Positions 63,466-64,000 of a DNA stretch of 64,000 bases are shown piece by piece. Each line of letters starts with the position of its first letter. Positions within the stretch are counted from its first letter, which is position 1. The stretch comes from Macrostomum lignano. Taxonomy: Eukaryota. The notes beneath the pieces are model-generated. The model saw only the letters and a program-made list of their open reading frames with translations. It was not told where the DNA came from and did not search any database. Both the position numbers and the translations under genes were made by a program. Where the stretch lies: positions 1,116,001-1,180,000 of the forward strand of contig NIVC01000020.1 in NCBI GenBank assembly GCA_002269645.1, written 5' to 3'.

Positions 63466-63900
63466 GGGTATCGGGTATCGAGTACCGGGTACCGGGTATT
63501 GGGTACCGGGTATTGGATAACGGGTATTGGGTAACGGGTATCATGAAACGGGTATCATGTAGCGGGTATCATTGTAACGGTATCAGGTAACGGGTATCAG
63601 GTAACGGGTATCAGGTAATGGGTATCAGGTAACGGTATCAGGTAACCGGTATCAGGTAACGGTATCTGGTAACGGTATCTGGTAACGGGTATCAGGTAAC
63701 GGTATCAGGTAACGGTATCTGGTAACGGGTATCAGGTAACGGTATCAGGTAACGGTATCTGGTAACGGGTATCAGGTAACGGGTATCAGGTAATGGGTAT
63801 CAGGTAACGGTATCAGGTAACCGGTATCAGGTAACGGTATCAGGTAACGGTATCTGGTAACGGGTATCAGGTAACGGGTATCAGGTAACGGGTACTGGGT
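63466..63900. repeat. 13-14-bp minisatellite
   Basis: Unit GTAAC(G)GGTATCAG. Confidence 0.93.
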
Positions 63901-64000
63901 GAATGTACCCGCACAGCCCCCCCCCCCAAACCCATTTTTTGCACCCTCCTAGCACCTGCCTGTGTATATGTGCACTATAATCTTTAGTCAAATTTTTTAA

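Overview
This is animal genomic DNA, not prokaryotic. GC-rich exons are separated either by AT-rich, MITE-containing introns or by introns packed with 10-49 bp minisatellites. The style resembles the free-living flatworm Macrostomum lignano (inference only). Well-supported genes: GIT ArfGAP (minus strand, 8 exons, with an intact D34D mariner in intron 1), a divergent beta-tubulin, MROH1-like (13 exons), MCCC1, an RNF4-like RING protein, a secreted PAN/apple-like + F-type lectin with two single-base frameshifts, an intronless MS4A/CD20-like protein, tRNA-Arg(ACG), a candidate neuropeptide prohormone, a small CaaX protein and part of a coiled-coil gene. There are about 25 tandem arrays and five non-autonomous DNA transposons with target-site duplications (TSDs). 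Most long ORFs in the supplied track are translations of repeats. The most unusual signal is that two intronic minisatellites, both in homology-validated genes, are tandem copies of the 3' splice site itself. Each creates about 9-12 decoy acceptors that would lead to premature stops. Exon boundaries were derived by hand and need RNA-seq confirmation.
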